Source of the DNA: Candidatus Bathyarchaeota archaeon
Lineage (GTDB): Archaea > Thermoproteota > Bathyarchaeia > 40CM-2-53-6
Reading direction: 5' to 3'
Length of the DNA: 64,000 bases
Assembly: GCA_005882895.1 (NCBI GenBank)
Contig: VBBD01000009.1
Coordinates: forward strand, 7,648-71,647
The position numbers and the translations under genes are program-made. Shown piece by piece: positions 1 to 9,276 of the stretch. The notes beneath the pieces are model-generated. The model saw only the letters and a list, made by a program, of their open reading frames with translations. It ran no database searches and was not told the origin of the DNA. How positions within the stretch are numbered: position 1 is the stretch's first letter; each line of letters begins with the position of its first letter.

Positions 1-454
1 CGGATAATTGCTTGGAGAGAAGCCAGCCCATCGCCTTCCTAACTCTATCATCCTTCGAATACCCCGCTTTTGCAAGCGCCCTGACCATGTTGCCAGTATT
101 GCAAACATGGGGATGGAACTGCTCCTCACCCCGGGAACGTAAAGAGAACCCACCACTCTCAACATTGTGAAGCTCGAAAAAGTGCTCTACCGCTTTCGCG
201 AATCGGGGATCCTCTGATGATACTCCAAGATCCGCCAAGACCGCTAGCTGCCATCCTGTAGAAGTGAATTTTGGAACGTAGCACGACTCCTTGTTCTCCC
301 AGTATGTGTTCTCTTTCTGTTTCGCGAAAATATTCGCGGCCCATCCTTCTCTTCCAATTCTCCCCTTGACTCTCTGGACGGAACCATCTTGCTCGTCGCG
401 TCCCATCAACTCGGTGAGTGTGAAGTATTGACTAGAGGGCTCGCTCTCCTCCAT
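1..454 (-). CDS. Terpene cyclase/mutase family protein (squalene-hopene-cyclase-like QW-repeat), N-terminal part; C-terminus lies beyond the window start
   Basis: Minus-strand ORF open to the window edge, so absent from the ORF track. The translation 'MEESEPSSQYFTLTELMGRDEQDG...AKQKENTYWENKESCYVP...GWQLAVLADLG...SGGFSLRSRGEEQFHPHVCNTGNMVRALAKAGY' resembles the N-terminal QW repeats of squalene-hopene cyclase ('QKDEGYWWG'). Confidence 0.4.
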   Translation of the reverse strand, partial: MEESEPSSQYFTLTELMGRDEQDGSVQRVKGRIGREGWAANIFAKQKENTYWENKESCYVPKFTSTGWQLAVLADLGVSSEDPRFAKAVEHFFELHNVESGGFSLRSRGEEQFHPHVCNTGNMVRALAKAGYSKDDRVRKAMGWLLSKQLS

Positions 455-603
455 CAACCATCTCGAGACAGCAGGTGAAACTAGGCTTTCTTTCTGAAGC
501 TGTTCCAAGTCGGCTCACAATTGGTATTGCATGCTCATCTAAAGAGTCTTTTCGCAATTCGGCCTAACAAGCGTACTCGCTAAGGTCGAGTTTCAAAACG
601 TTC

Positions 604-1308
604 TTGAATCCGGGCATCGACGGGTGGGCTCAATCGTCTTTGAGTTCTTGGGAGGATGCTTACAAGACAGTACCACCATGGGACGTAGGCCGTCCCCAAC
701 CAGCCTTGGTAGAACTCGTGCGAGCCGGGGAACTGAATAGGGGCAGTGTTCTCGATGTTGGCTGCGGGACGGGGGAGAATGCACTCTATCTTGCCCGGAA
801 CGGATTCTCGGTTGTCGGAGTTGATCTGTCAGATCGCGCGATTGCCTCGGCAAGAGCAAAAGCTGCCGAGAGAAGATTGAAAGTTGAGTTTCGAGCGGGA
901 AATGCGCTCTCGCTAGAATTCAAGGACGACGTTTTCGACAATGTTATTGATTCGGGACTTTTCCACACCTTCCCTGATAACGATAGGCCTGTTTATGCCC
1001 GTGAGATAGCCCGGGTCCTAGCTACTAGAGGTAGGTACTTCATGCTCTGCTTCAGCGAGAAAGAGCCTACCAACTGGGGCGGACCGAGAAGAATCAGGAA
1101 AGAGGAAATCGAAACAACGTTCTCGCCACTCTTCAAAATCAACTACATTAGGGACGCATCGTTCGCCACGCGATTCCATACGAATGGTGGGAAAGCGTAC
1201 CTGACATCCGCTACAAAGATCCCCACTAAACCCGCTGATTTTTTCCACGAAGATTCCGCGGGGAGATATCGAGCCTTTTTCCCTCACGACGATTTCTCGG
1301 ATTCTTAG
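604..1308 (+). CDS. Class I SAM-dependent methyltransferase
   Basis: 'VLDVGCGTGENALYLARNGFSVVGVDLS' matches the Rossmann SAM-binding motif I. Post-I acidic and 'DNVIDSGLFH' motifs follow. TTG start. Confidence 0.8.
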   Translation: MNPGIDGWAQSSLSSWEDAYKTVPPWDVGRPQPALVELVRAGELNRGSVLDVGCGTGENALYLARNGFSVVGVDLSDRAIASARAKAAERRLKVEFRAGNALSLEFKDDVFDNVIDSGLFHTFPDNDRPVYAREIARVLATRGRYFMLCFSEKEPTNWGGPRRIRKEEIETTFSPLFKINYIRDASFATRFHTNGGKAYLTSATKIPTKPADFFHEDSAGRYRAFFPHDDFSDS

Positions 1309-1730
1309 ACGGATTCGGTTTTGAGGTAAGAGGATTTTACCTGCATGATTCCCTTCTGGCGTTTCAGCTCTCCCTCCAGTCTTGTGATGTCTTGAACCCG
1401 ACCGCGGACCAGCAGGGCGCACAGGCAATGTGCGGCGTCGATGTGGGCGTGGAGGGATGAGAGGATGGATTGTCTGTGGTGGTGGGACGTTTCTGTGATG
1501 CCCTCGTCGGCGCCATGAGTCTCATGGTTGTAGACCATTACAATTGATCCGACGACATGGCCTCCTCTGAGTCCTGTTTCAAAATCTGATATGAAGGACC
1601 GCATCGCCGCCTGCAACGCCTTGGATCGATCCCGGTAGCCGCTGTTCTCGGAGGCCTTGTCGAAGGCTTCGAGGAGCTCAGGTGGTAGAGACATGCTGAT
1701 TCTGGTAACTCCCTCATCATTCAATACCAA
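1305..1730 (-). CDS. nikR: Nickel-responsive transcriptional regulator NikR (ribbon-helix-helix plus C-terminal metal-binding domain)
   Basis: The N-terminus 'TRISMSLPPELLEAFD' is an RHH beta-strand and helix like archaeal NikR 'IRFSISIPSKLLEKFD'. The C-domain 'VGSIVMVYNHETHG...SSLHAHIDAAHCLC' carries the His/Cys Ni ligands. Divergent from a NiCoT transporter gene. Confidence 0.85.
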   Translation of the reverse strand: MVLNDEGVTRISMSLPPELLEAFDKASENSGYRDRSKALQAAMRSFISDFETGLRGGHVVGSIVMVYNHETHGADEGITETSHHHRQSILSSLHAHIDAAHCLCALLVRGRVQDITRLEGELKRQKGIMQVKSSYLKTESV

Positions 1731-1868
1731 TTCATGATTCGCCTCACAGTATTACTCGATCTGGCCGACCCGGCTAAAAGTATTACCAACTTAAGACTTT
1801 ATATTACCATATAGAGGGGTCAGGTCGAGACAACCTGTCAATATGCACCGGGAGCTGCAAGCAGGCTC
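1731..1868. promoter_or_regulatory. Divergent nikR/NiCoT promoter region with three GTATTAC(C) repeats (candidate NikR operator) and a TTTATATT TATA-like box
   Basis: GTATTAC at 1749-1755, GTATTACC at 1780-1787, TATTACC at 1802-1808. 'ctttatattacc' lies about 65 nt upstream of the transporter start. Confidence 0.4.
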
Positions 1869-2936
1869 TTGGAGAGGGCGTCTTCTGAATTGACTGAACT
1901 CCGGTCAAACCATTCAAAGCTAGGGCTCTCAACGGCAGAGAAGCTCAGAATCTCCATCATATACTCAGCCTTAGGCATTGCCACCCTCGCTGGCCTCGCT
2001 GCCTCAGTTATCATAGGGCAATTGTCCGCCTTACTCGCGGGACTCGGAGTCCTCGCCTTCACCTTCGGGCTGCGTCACGGGGTGGACGCGGACCACATTG
2101 TTGCAATTGACAACACAACACGGAAGCTGCTCCAAGAGGGCAAGCGTCCCCTCACGGTCGGCATGTGGTTCTCCCTTGGCCATTCGACGGTCGTCGTTGG
2201 TCTTATCGTCTCTCTCATTCTCGCGACCAACGCGGTGAAAGACCAGATTCCAGCACTCCGAAGCAGCGGCGCGATAATTGGAACAACAGTCTCCGGAATC
2301 TTCCTCTTCCTTATCGGGCTCATCAACGTCGTCATTGTCCTGGGGATCTATAGGGTGTTCACGACCCTAAAACAGGGAAAAATGAACGAGTCAGAACTGG
2401 ATAGTCTTCTGGAAAACAGGGGATTCCTGAACCGCTACTTCAAGGGACTCTTCAAGATCGTCAGGGAGCCCTGGCAGATCTATCCCATCGGGGTCTTGTT
2501 CGGACTTGGCTTCGACACGGCCAGCGAGATTGCCCTGATAGCTATCACCGTCGGGGTCGGAGTATCATCCGCTGTCCCTCTCTGGATGATCCTTGTTCTT
2601 CCCTTCATGTTCACCTGTGGAATGGTCTTGGTCGATATGACTGATGGGGTTACGATGCTGACCGCGTATGGCTGGGCGTTTCTCAGACCAATCCGGAAAA
2701 TATACTACAACCTTACTGTGACGATCATATCGGTCGCAGTTGCCTTTGCGATTGGCGGAGTCGAACTCCTCCAAGTTCTCTCTAACGAGCTGAAGCTGAG
2801 CGGTCCGTTCTGGAAATCGCTGGGCACGCTGGATTTCGAGACGATGGGTTACGGAATAATCGGCATCTTTGTAGTATCATGGCTTGCATCGATGGCTTAC
2901 TGGAAGTACAAGCGATACGACGAACTATACAAGTGA
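1869..2936 (+). CDS. High-affinity nickel/cobalt transporter, NiCoT (HoxN/NixA) family
   Basis: NiCoT signature 'FGLRHGVDADHIVAIDNTTRKL'. Second signature 'LGFDTASEIALI'. Multi-TM hydrophobic profile. Confidence 0.85.
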   Translation: MERASSELTELRSNHSKLGLSTAEKLRISIIYSALGIATLAGLAASVIIGQLSALLAGLGVLAFTFGLRHGVDADHIVAIDNTTRKLLQEGKRPLTVGMWFSLGHSTVVVGLIVSLILATNAVKDQIPALRSSGAIIGTTVSGIFLFLIGLINVVIVLGIYRVFTTLKQGKMNESELDSLLENRGFLNRYFKGLFKIVREPWQIYPIGVLFGLGFDTASEIALIAITVGVGVSSAVPLWMILVLPFMFTCGMVLVDMTDGVTMLTAYGWAFLRPIRKIYYNLTVTIISVAVAFAIGGVELLQVLSNELKLSGPFWKSLGTLDFETMGYGIIGIFVVSWLASMAYWKYKRYDELYK

Positions 2937-2981
2937 CGTTCTAGCTTAAGACGACCAGCGTGTAATCGTTCTTCAATCCAA

Positions 2982-3230
2982 TTGCGTGATTGGATCATAA
3001 TGATCATCGGTTTCCTCGTTCTCGTGGCAGGATACGCTTTTCAAGTAACTGATTCCATCATCACCTCGTCTTACTCATCACCTCTGTACGGGAACGCAGG
3101 AACAGTGCTCCAGCTAATCGGGACAACAATCGTTATTGTTGGGATCGTGATACTGGCGATTGGATTCCTCAAGCTCATTCGAAGAAGCTTCTTCTCCGAA
3201 GGGGACATAGCAGAACCCATTTTTCGATAG
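2982..3230 (+). CDS. Small membrane protein (2 TM), hypothetical
   Basis: 82-aa ORF with two hydrophobic helices. No recognised domain. Confidence 0.35.
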   Translation: MRDWIIMIIGFLVLVAGYAFQVTDSIITSSYSSPLYGNAGTVLQLIGTTIVIVGIVILAIGFLKLIRRSFFSEGDIAEPIFR

Positions 3231-3273
3231 TCCTTATTAGCGGAACGGGTCATCCGAAGTTCAGAACGCTCCA

Positions 3274-3720
3274 ATGCCCTCGCAGAAAAAGCCGACCTCG
3301 AAACCAACCAAGAGGATTCGCATCCTTGTAGCGAAGCCTGGACTAGATGGTCACGATAGAGGTGCTTTGATTCTAACCCGGGCCTTCCGCGACGCAGGCA
3401 TGGAAGTAATCTACACCGGCTTCCTGGCCACGCCCGAGCAGGTTGCACAGATGGCGATTGATGAGGATGTGGATGTTGTAGCTATGAGTCTCCTCAACGG
3501 CGCCCACATGACAGCCTTCCCGAAGGTCGCTAAGCTCATCCGGGAGAAGGGTGGAGACGACATTCTGTTGGTGGGTGGAGGTATTATTCCGGATGAGGAT
3601 AAGCCCTTGTTGGAGAAGCAGGGTATCACGGGCAATTTCGGGCCTGGGACACCTCTCAAGACTATCATCGAGCATGTTGAGATGGTTGTGAGCGAGAGAG
3701 ACTCGAAAAAGAAACGGTAG
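3274..3720 (+). CDS. Methylmalonyl-CoA mutase, small (C-terminal B12-binding) subunit
   Basis: 'RILVAKPGLDGHDRGALILTRAFRDAGMEVIYTG...VDVVAMSLLNGAH' contains the cobalamin-binding DxHxxG motif and the Rossmann-like B12 domain. The 148-aa size is typical of archaeal stand-alone MCM-C subunits. Confidence 0.85.
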   Translation: MPSQKKPTSKPTKRIRILVAKPGLDGHDRGALILTRAFRDAGMEVIYTGFLATPEQVAQMAIDEDVDVVAMSLLNGAHMTAFPKVAKLIREKGGDDILLVGGGIIPDEDKPLLEKQGITGNFGPGTPLKTIIEHVEMVVSERDSKKKR

Positions 3721-3767
3721 AGCCAAGACATTTCTATCTGAATATATCTCGATGGGAATCGAAAAAA

Positions 3768-4169
3768 ATGGGCTTTCTCTCTATCATGGGCAGGGTCATT
3801 ATCGGCATAGCCGTGATTGCCCCGGTAGTGGCTCTCTATTTTGCCATGACATCCAGCGACGCTCTGGGCATGATAGGCGTTGTAGGATTGCTTGCAGGAA
3901 GCGGCATATTTTGCATCGGGGGTCTCTACGCCGGTCTACTGGGGCTTAAGATCGAGAAATTGTCCGCCAGGCTCGACCCGGTTTCCAGGCAGAGACCTAG
4001 AACCAAGGCGAAGAATCTCATCAAAGCAGAATGTCCTATTGATCACCGCGAAGGAGTGTTTGTGCACGTTAGCCCTTACAGAAGCGATGCGGTGCCGGAC
4101 GGGTTGGACATCTTTCTGGGCTCATGTGGGCACGAGGTCCATCGTGGGGAGATAGAGGCCGAAGCGTAG
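3768..4169 (+). CDS. Membrane protein, hypothetical
   Basis: N-terminal two TM helices. No recognisable motif. Confidence 0.3.
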   Translation: MGFLSIMGRVIIGIAVIAPVVALYFAMTSSDALGMIGVVGLLAGSGIFCIGGLYAGLLGLKIEKLSARLDPVSRQRPRTKAKNLIKAECPIDHREGVFVHVSPYRSDAVPDGLDIFLGSCGHEVHRGEIEAEA

Positions 4170-4174
4170 CAACC

Positions 4175-5659
4175 ATGGAAGCAACACCAACAACCGAGAC
4201 AACCAAACAAGTCGTTATCGAACGAGACGTTCCAGAACCCGCGATAGCGGGACTTGTAGAATTCGTCAACAGATACTACTTCCCTCCGAAGATGAAATTC
4301 ATCGAGGCCCTTTCCTATCGCAAAACCGAGAGCGGGGACGGCTTCGAACTATTCTGGAGACTAAAGCCTGTCGGACCAGAACAAGCGAGACCTCTACCAG
4401 TAGCGCTCAGGATCTCCAAAGCTGCCATCGAGCTCGATTTTCCCGGGTTGGACCCGAACGATATGTCTCTGGAGAGCGTTGTCGCGAGAACTGTTGATGA
4501 GATCGAGGCGGTTGTCTTTTCCTATTTCCAGAACATAAAGACGACCAGTCTCTACTTTGTCATCGGCGCGACCGAAGAGCACTCCGAGGCGCCTGACCAG
4601 CGGAGCCCTATGAGTAATGCCGTGAAGAGAGTTTTCGCAGGAAACACCACGAGCCTATTCCTCTCGTTCACTCTCCTAAGCTTCGCTCTCTACTTCATTA
4701 TCGGAGTCTACACCGTCTTTCTATTGATCAGTGTCCAACTCGTCGCCCTAGTAATCTCCGACAAAATTGTTTACAGACTGGGCAGTGTCCGCCCAAACGC
4801 TGAAAGGCCCCTTGTAACGATCGCAAGCGTCCGGTCCAACCCGGAAACCCTCAAGGCAGTCTCACAACACGGCAAGAAGATACTCTCAAAAATTCGAGAC
4901 GAGATAGCAAGAAATGCCACCGTTGCGTCCTCTGCCGCGGCCAACGAGGAGCTCAAAGGAACAGTCATTGGCGCACTGCTCAGGCATGGCATCATAGCGT
5001 CCGGGAGCGAGATCACCGTCAAGACCAGAAACGTATACCGCATCGTTCAGGAAGTCTCGGAAAAGTTCAGCCGGCAAACTCCGAAGATCACCGTTGCGAA
5101 CGCAATAGTGTCCAATGCTTCTGCAACTGGAATCTCGTCAAGCCGCTCCACAGTAATGATCACGGCTGGTTCGCTGGAAGACCTGAGTGATGAGGAGCTA
5201 GAAGCAGTGATCGGCCACGAGCTGGGACATGTGAAGGGGCATGACCCTGTGATTCTGTTCGCTGCGACCTCGTTCGAGTTCCTGGGACGGTTCTTTCTCT
5301 GGTTTCCTCTACTGCTCTACCTGGGCATTTTCTATTTCGTTCTAGCGTTTGGCGCGATCTTTCTCATCGGAAAGTTTCTGGAGACCAGAGCCGACACTAA
5401 GTCTGCCGTGATGCTCGGAAATCCAGGGGCACTGGCCTCTGCCTTGACAAAGATAGGATTCAGGCAGCTCTATCGCGAAAAATACAACCCCGGAACAAAG
5501 CTGTTCGACTGGTTTCGGTTCGACCCACACCCACCCATCTATTTCAGAATCGCTAGACTGTCAAGATATTCGGAGAAACAGAAATCTGTCGGGCATACGC
5601 TTCTGATCTCGATACGAGATATCATCGTAGGCTTCTTCTCCGCTCTGTTTTCAGCCTAG
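4175..5659 (+). CDS. M48-family zinc metallopeptidase (HtpX-like) with N-terminal extra domain
   Basis: 'AVIGHELGHVKGHD' is an HExxH zinc motif in the HtpX context, with TM segments before and after it. The start was moved to the ATG at 4175 (MEATPTTE) because the table ORF start at 4124 overlaps the upstream gene. Confidence 0.6.
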   Translation: MEATPTTETTKQVVIERDVPEPAIAGLVEFVNRYYFPPKMKFIEALSYRKTESGDGFELFWRLKPVGPEQARPLPVALRISKAAIELDFPGLDPNDMSLESVVARTVDEIEAVVFSYFQNIKTTSLYFVIGATEEHSEAPDQRSPMSNAVKRVFAGNTTSLFLSFTLLSFALYFIIGVYTVFLLISVQLVALVISDKIVYRLGSVRPNAERPLVTIASVRSNPETLKAVSQHGKKILSKIRDEIARNATVASSAAANEELKGTVIGALLRHGIIASGSEITVKTRNVYRIVQEVSEKFSRQTPKITVANAIVSNASATGISSSRSTVMITAGSLEDLSDEELEAVIGHELGHVKGHDPVILFAATSFEFLGRFFLWFPLLLYLGIFYFVLAFGAIFLIGKFLETRADTKSAVMLGNPGALASALTKIGFRQLYREKYNPGTKLFDWFRFDPHPPIYFRIARLSRYSEKQKSVGHTLLISIRDIIVGFFSALFSA

Positions 5660-5738
5660 AGATCAACAGCTCTCTCATAGCGTTGTGCATGCTTAAGTTC
5701 CGGAGAACCTCGGCCGTTCAATGTGAGACTTGTCTAAC

Positions 5739-6587
5739 ATGAATGTTGAACGCAAGCTCGAACAGTTTCTAGACGAAGACGTGGGAAATGGGGACATTAC
5801 GACAGACTCTCTCGTCGATCCGACGACACGATCCATAGGGAGCGTTATCTGCAAGGAACGAGCAATAGTTGCTGGACTAGCTGAATCCATCATCCTACTG
5901 AAACTTGTGGGCTGTGAAGGTAGACCACAGGTTCGCGACAGCCAAGAAGTTCCGGCTGGGACAGTTGTCCTAGAAATTAATGGTCGTGGAGTTGACGTGC
6001 TCAAAGTAGAGCGGACCCTGCTGAACCTGCTATGTCACCTGTCCGGAGTCGCAACAGCCACCGCTGAGCTCGTGAATATCATCAAGACGAACGGCGCCTC
6101 AGCCAGAATAGCCTGCACGCGAAAGACACTTCCAGGTCTCAGGTACTTCGAGAAAAAAGCGGTCGAGCTAGGAGGCGGCGACGCCCACCGTCTTAGGCTT
6201 GACGATGCTGTCTTAATCAAGGACAATCATCTGGAACTGGCCGGTTCGATAACCGAAACTGTCAGAAAAGCGAAGGCTAAGGTGAGCTTCACCAAGAAAA
6301 TAGAAGTCGAAGCAACAAGCCCGGACCAGGCAGTGGAAGCAGCGCTGGCTGGGGCTGACATCGTCTTGCTGGACAATATGACGCCTCAAGAAGTGAGAAA
6401 GTCGTTGAGTCAACTAGAGGCGAAAAAACTTCGTGACCATATTCTGCTCGAAGTGTCCGGTGGCATAACGAGAGAGAACCTTGCGAGCTACGTCAAGACT
6501 GGCGTGGACGTGATCTCCGTCGGATCGATAACAAACTCCGCTAGAGCAATTGACATGAGTCTTGAACTCCGCTCTGTCAAGAAATAG
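5739..6587 (+). CDS. nadC: Nicotinate-nucleotide pyrophosphorylase (carboxylating) / quinolinate phosphoribosyltransferase
   Basis: 'GDITTDSLV', 'RTLLNLLCHLSGVAT', 'CTRKTLPGLR', 'LGGGDAHRLRLDDAVLIKDNH' and 'VSGGIT' are all hallmark NadC motifs. An alternative TTG start lies at 5730. Confidence 0.9.
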   Translation: MNVERKLEQFLDEDVGNGDITTDSLVDPTTRSIGSVICKERAIVAGLAESIILLKLVGCEGRPQVRDSQEVPAGTVVLEINGRGVDVLKVERTLLNLLCHLSGVATATAELVNIIKTNGASARIACTRKTLPGLRYFEKKAVELGGGDAHRLRLDDAVLIKDNHLELAGSITETVRKAKAKVSFTKKIEVEATSPDQAVEAALAGADIVLLDNMTPQEVRKSLSQLEAKKLRDHILLEVSGGITRENLASYVKTGVDVISVGSITNSARAIDMSLELRSVKK

Positions 6588-6731
6588 CTGCCACATTTTG
6601 TCCCGGCAATCTTAAACCGTTCGGGTGAATGATAGCAAACTGAGATAGTTCGTCTGGAACAGAAGATCAGATTCTGCACTACAAAGGACGGCGTCAGGCT
6701 TGCTTATTCTACACTGGGCCGTGGGCCACCC

Positions 6732-7568
6732 TTGGTTAAGGCTGCGAACTGGCTTGGGCACTTGCAGTTCGACCTTGAGAGTCCGATATTTCGTCACTGG
6801 ACCCGGGAGCTATCAAGATATCGCCAGTACATCCGTTATGACGATCGGGGATGCGGCCTATCCGACCGCGATGTTAGCAGTTCTACGTTCCAGGACTGGG
6901 TGCAGGACCTAGAAACAATCGTGGATTCGAATGGTCTTGAAAAATTTGCACTGCTCGGAATTTCTCAGGGAGGCGCGGTCAGCATCGCCTACGCCGCACG
7001 CCATCCCGATAGGGTGAGCCATCTAATTCTGTACGGGGCAAGCGCCCTAGGCTGGTCCAAAATCCACACCTCGCCCGAGGAGCTTGAAGAAGGAAAAGCC
7101 ATGCTGACGCTGACCAAGGTGGGATGGGGAAAGGACAACCCTGCCTACCGTCAGCTCTTCACGTCTCTATTCGTCCCTGGCGGGACAGCAGAGCAGGCCA
7201 GCTGGTTTAACGAGTTGCAGCGAAAGTCCACGTCGCCAGAAAACGCGGTGCGCTTCCTGATGGAGTTCGCTCAAATCGACGTCCTTGCCCAGCTCGCCAA
7301 GGTATCAACGCCGACACTGGTAATCCATACACGAGGCGATCTAGTGAACCGGTTCGAGGACGGAAGAGATCTGGCAACACTGATCTCCGGGGCCCACTTC
7401 ATTCCACTAGAGAGTAGGAACCACATTCTGTTGGAGGACGAGCCAGCATGGAAGGACTTTCTAGTCCAGACTCGACGCTTTCTGGGCGTGAAGGAGACAG
7501 GGCCCGAACTGTCTTCAAAAGAGAAGGAACTAGGCGTCAGAAGCTGGCTCAGAGGACCCAAGAAATAG
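6732..7568 (+). CDS. Alpha/beta-hydrolase fold protein. The N-terminus probably extends to about 6640, but no canonical start codon lies in frame
   Basis: 'LLGISQGGAVSIAYAARHPDRVSHLILYGA' is the nucleophile elbow GxSxG. The in-frame upstream translation 'EIVRLEQKIRFCTTKDGVRLAYSTLGRGPPLVKAANW' looks like a genuine hydrolase N-terminus but contains only CTG and ATA as possible starts. Confidence 0.7.
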   Translation: MVKAANWLGHLQFDLESPIFRHWTRELSRYRQYIRYDDRGCGLSDRDVSSSTFQDWVQDLETIVDSNGLEKFALLGISQGGAVSIAYAARHPDRVSHLILYGASALGWSKIHTSPEELEEGKAMLTLTKVGWGKDNPAYRQLFTSLFVPGGTAEQASWFNELQRKSTSPENAVRFLMEFAQIDVLAQLAKVSTPTLVIHTRGDLVNRFEDGRDLATLISGAHFIPLESRNHILLEDEPAWKDFLVQTRRFLGVKETGPELSSKEKELGVRSWLRGPKK

Positions 7569-7861
7569 CCGGGCTCGACCCACGCCCATTCTAGGACAGT
7601 GTTTCTGAGTCGAACGTTAAACGGCTTATCGAGAAAGCAGAAAAAGTCCGGGATGGAGAACACCGGCTAAAGCCGTCTCTCCGACTACGATCCCAAGAAG
7701 AGATCTACAAGTTCATCCATGATAGGGGTCTTGTCTCAGCGCTAGGAGGAAACGAGCTTCCAAGTCTCATTAGCGCCATACTAGGCAGACCCTGGAGGCC
7801 ATCGGCGAAGGGCTTTACCGGATGGAATGATTGGTGGTCAGTCAAGATATCCGGCCAGTCA

Positions 7862-8458
7862 GTGGCCCGCGTTTCCCGTGAGATCGAGAGAAGAAGAGAC
7901 ATTCTTGCAACTCGAATATTCAGGCGAACCAAGACCTTCGTATCTGATGAACTCTGGCCGGAACTGGATAGCATGGTGAAGCATCATCAGGACCCCGCGG
8001 TAAAATGGAAGACCTTCTCGGATCTGGAACAGAAGTTGTTGGAAACCATCGAGGATGAGGGTTCAATCCGGACGGATCGATTGAGAAAGAAGTTGAGGCT
8101 TGAAGCGAAAGAGAACAATTCCAAATTTCACCGCTCGTTAAGCAACCTGGAAAGCTACGCGATGATAGTTGGCGTTGAAGATCCTCATCCAGAGAGGCAT
8201 CTCCACGCTAACGTCTGGCAGACATGGAACACGAGAGTCGGTGAGGGAATGGGTCGTTCCGGCCTCTCGTACAACGAGGCGCTAGCGAAACTCCTCGAGA
8301 AAACTATCGAGGCGTGCGTTCTCGCCCGCGAAGACCAGATACGAAAATGGTTCCAGTGGAGCGACGACACGGAAAAGGCTGAGAGAGATTTGCTGAAAAG
8401 CGAGAGAATTATGAAGGCAGGCCCCTTCCTTCTCACGTCTCGAATCCTGAGATCGTAA
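7862..8458 (+). CDS. Hypothetical protein. The in-frame coding-like extension back to 7595 has no ATG, GTG or TTG
   Basis: GTG start at 7862. The upstream frame reads 'LIEKAEKVRDGEHRLKPSLRLRSQEEIYKFIHDRGLVSALGGNELPSLISAILGRPWRPSAKGFTGWNDWW' with no stop until 7592. Confidence 0.4.
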   Translation: MARVSREIERRRDILATRIFRRTKTFVSDELWPELDSMVKHHQDPAVKWKTFSDLEQKLLETIEDEGSIRTDRLRKKLRLEAKENNSKFHRSLSNLESYAMIVGVEDPHPERHLHANVWQTWNTRVGEGMGRSGLSYNEALAKLLEKTIEACVLAREDQIRKWFQWSDDTEKAERDLLKSERIMKAGPFLLTSRILRS

Positions 8459-8598
8459 GAACGTAAATTTGTCGCTGAGCAACACGTTGCTGGTCGCGAA
8501 GTCCTCAGGTTACAGGAGTTCGCGAGAACTTTTGAAACAATGGAGCAAGTTACACTAGCGGTAAGTTCCCCTTCTGCACATACCATGCAGGACGAATC

Positions 8599-9138
8599 AT
8601 GAAGAAAATCGCGTTCTCTATGTGCTTGATAATGGCGACCTTAGTGATTCTGAGTGTCCCGCTCCTCGCACATGCACCCCCGAATACTCCTCCAACCATT
8701 GGAACGCCTATTATCCAACCATCCTCGCCAACTTACAATGCCCCGGCAACAGTCTCGGTGAACGTTACTGACCAGCACTCAAGTGTACAAAACGTGACTA
8801 TCACTTACACAACTGACAACTGGAAAATGGTTAACACAACTCTCCTCGCCTCGTACAATGCCACAACCACCACTGCCACCGCTCAGATACCAGCACTGGC
8901 GACCGGAGGCCACATCTCATTCTATGTTGTGGCCTTTAACGGCAACGGCATTAAGGGTGTCAACAATAACTCGGGAAGCTACTTCGGCTACGACGTCGCG
9001 GCACCTCCTTCACTAATCACAACAACGAATGGGTGGATCGTCACCGGCATAATCCTGGGAAGCTTAGGAGCATTCGCTGTCGCTGCACTGCATTTCCTCA
9101 GGAAGAGACCCCGGACCAGCTCTCACCCAACAAACTGA
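8599..9138 (+). CDS. Secreted or cell-surface protein with N-terminal signal peptide and C-terminal TM anchor
   Basis: 'MKKIAFSMCLIMATLVILSVPLLAHA' is a signal peptide. A Thr/Asn-rich beta domain follows. C-terminal 'GWIVTGIILGSLGAFAVAALHFLRKRPR' is a TM segment with a basic tail. Confidence 0.5.
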   Translation: MKKIAFSMCLIMATLVILSVPLLAHAPPNTPPTIGTPIIQPSSPTYNAPATVSVNVTDQHSSVQNVTITYTTDNWKMVNTTLLASYNATTTTATAQIPALATGGHISFYVVAFNGNGIKGVNNNSGSYFGYDVAAPPSLITTTNGWIVTGIILGSLGAFAVAALHFLRKRPRTSSHPTN

Positions 9139-9276
9139 ATCCAAAGTACAAGTTAGCAGCGCTTCCAACACCAGACAAGACCCACCATCTTTCCAAAGGA
9201 AGGCGATTCGCTGCCTCCTCTTATCCCGGGTGCTTGATGTCAACAATTAATGACTAACCACTTCCCGATGTGAGCT

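Noticed and set aside
3768-4175. Table start of the M48 peptidase at 4124 overlapping the upstream membrane ORF
   Set aside because: The overlap of 46 nt is removed by using the in-frame ATG at 4175 (MEATPTTE). The 4124 extension (MWARGPSWGDRGRSVAT) is not protein-like.
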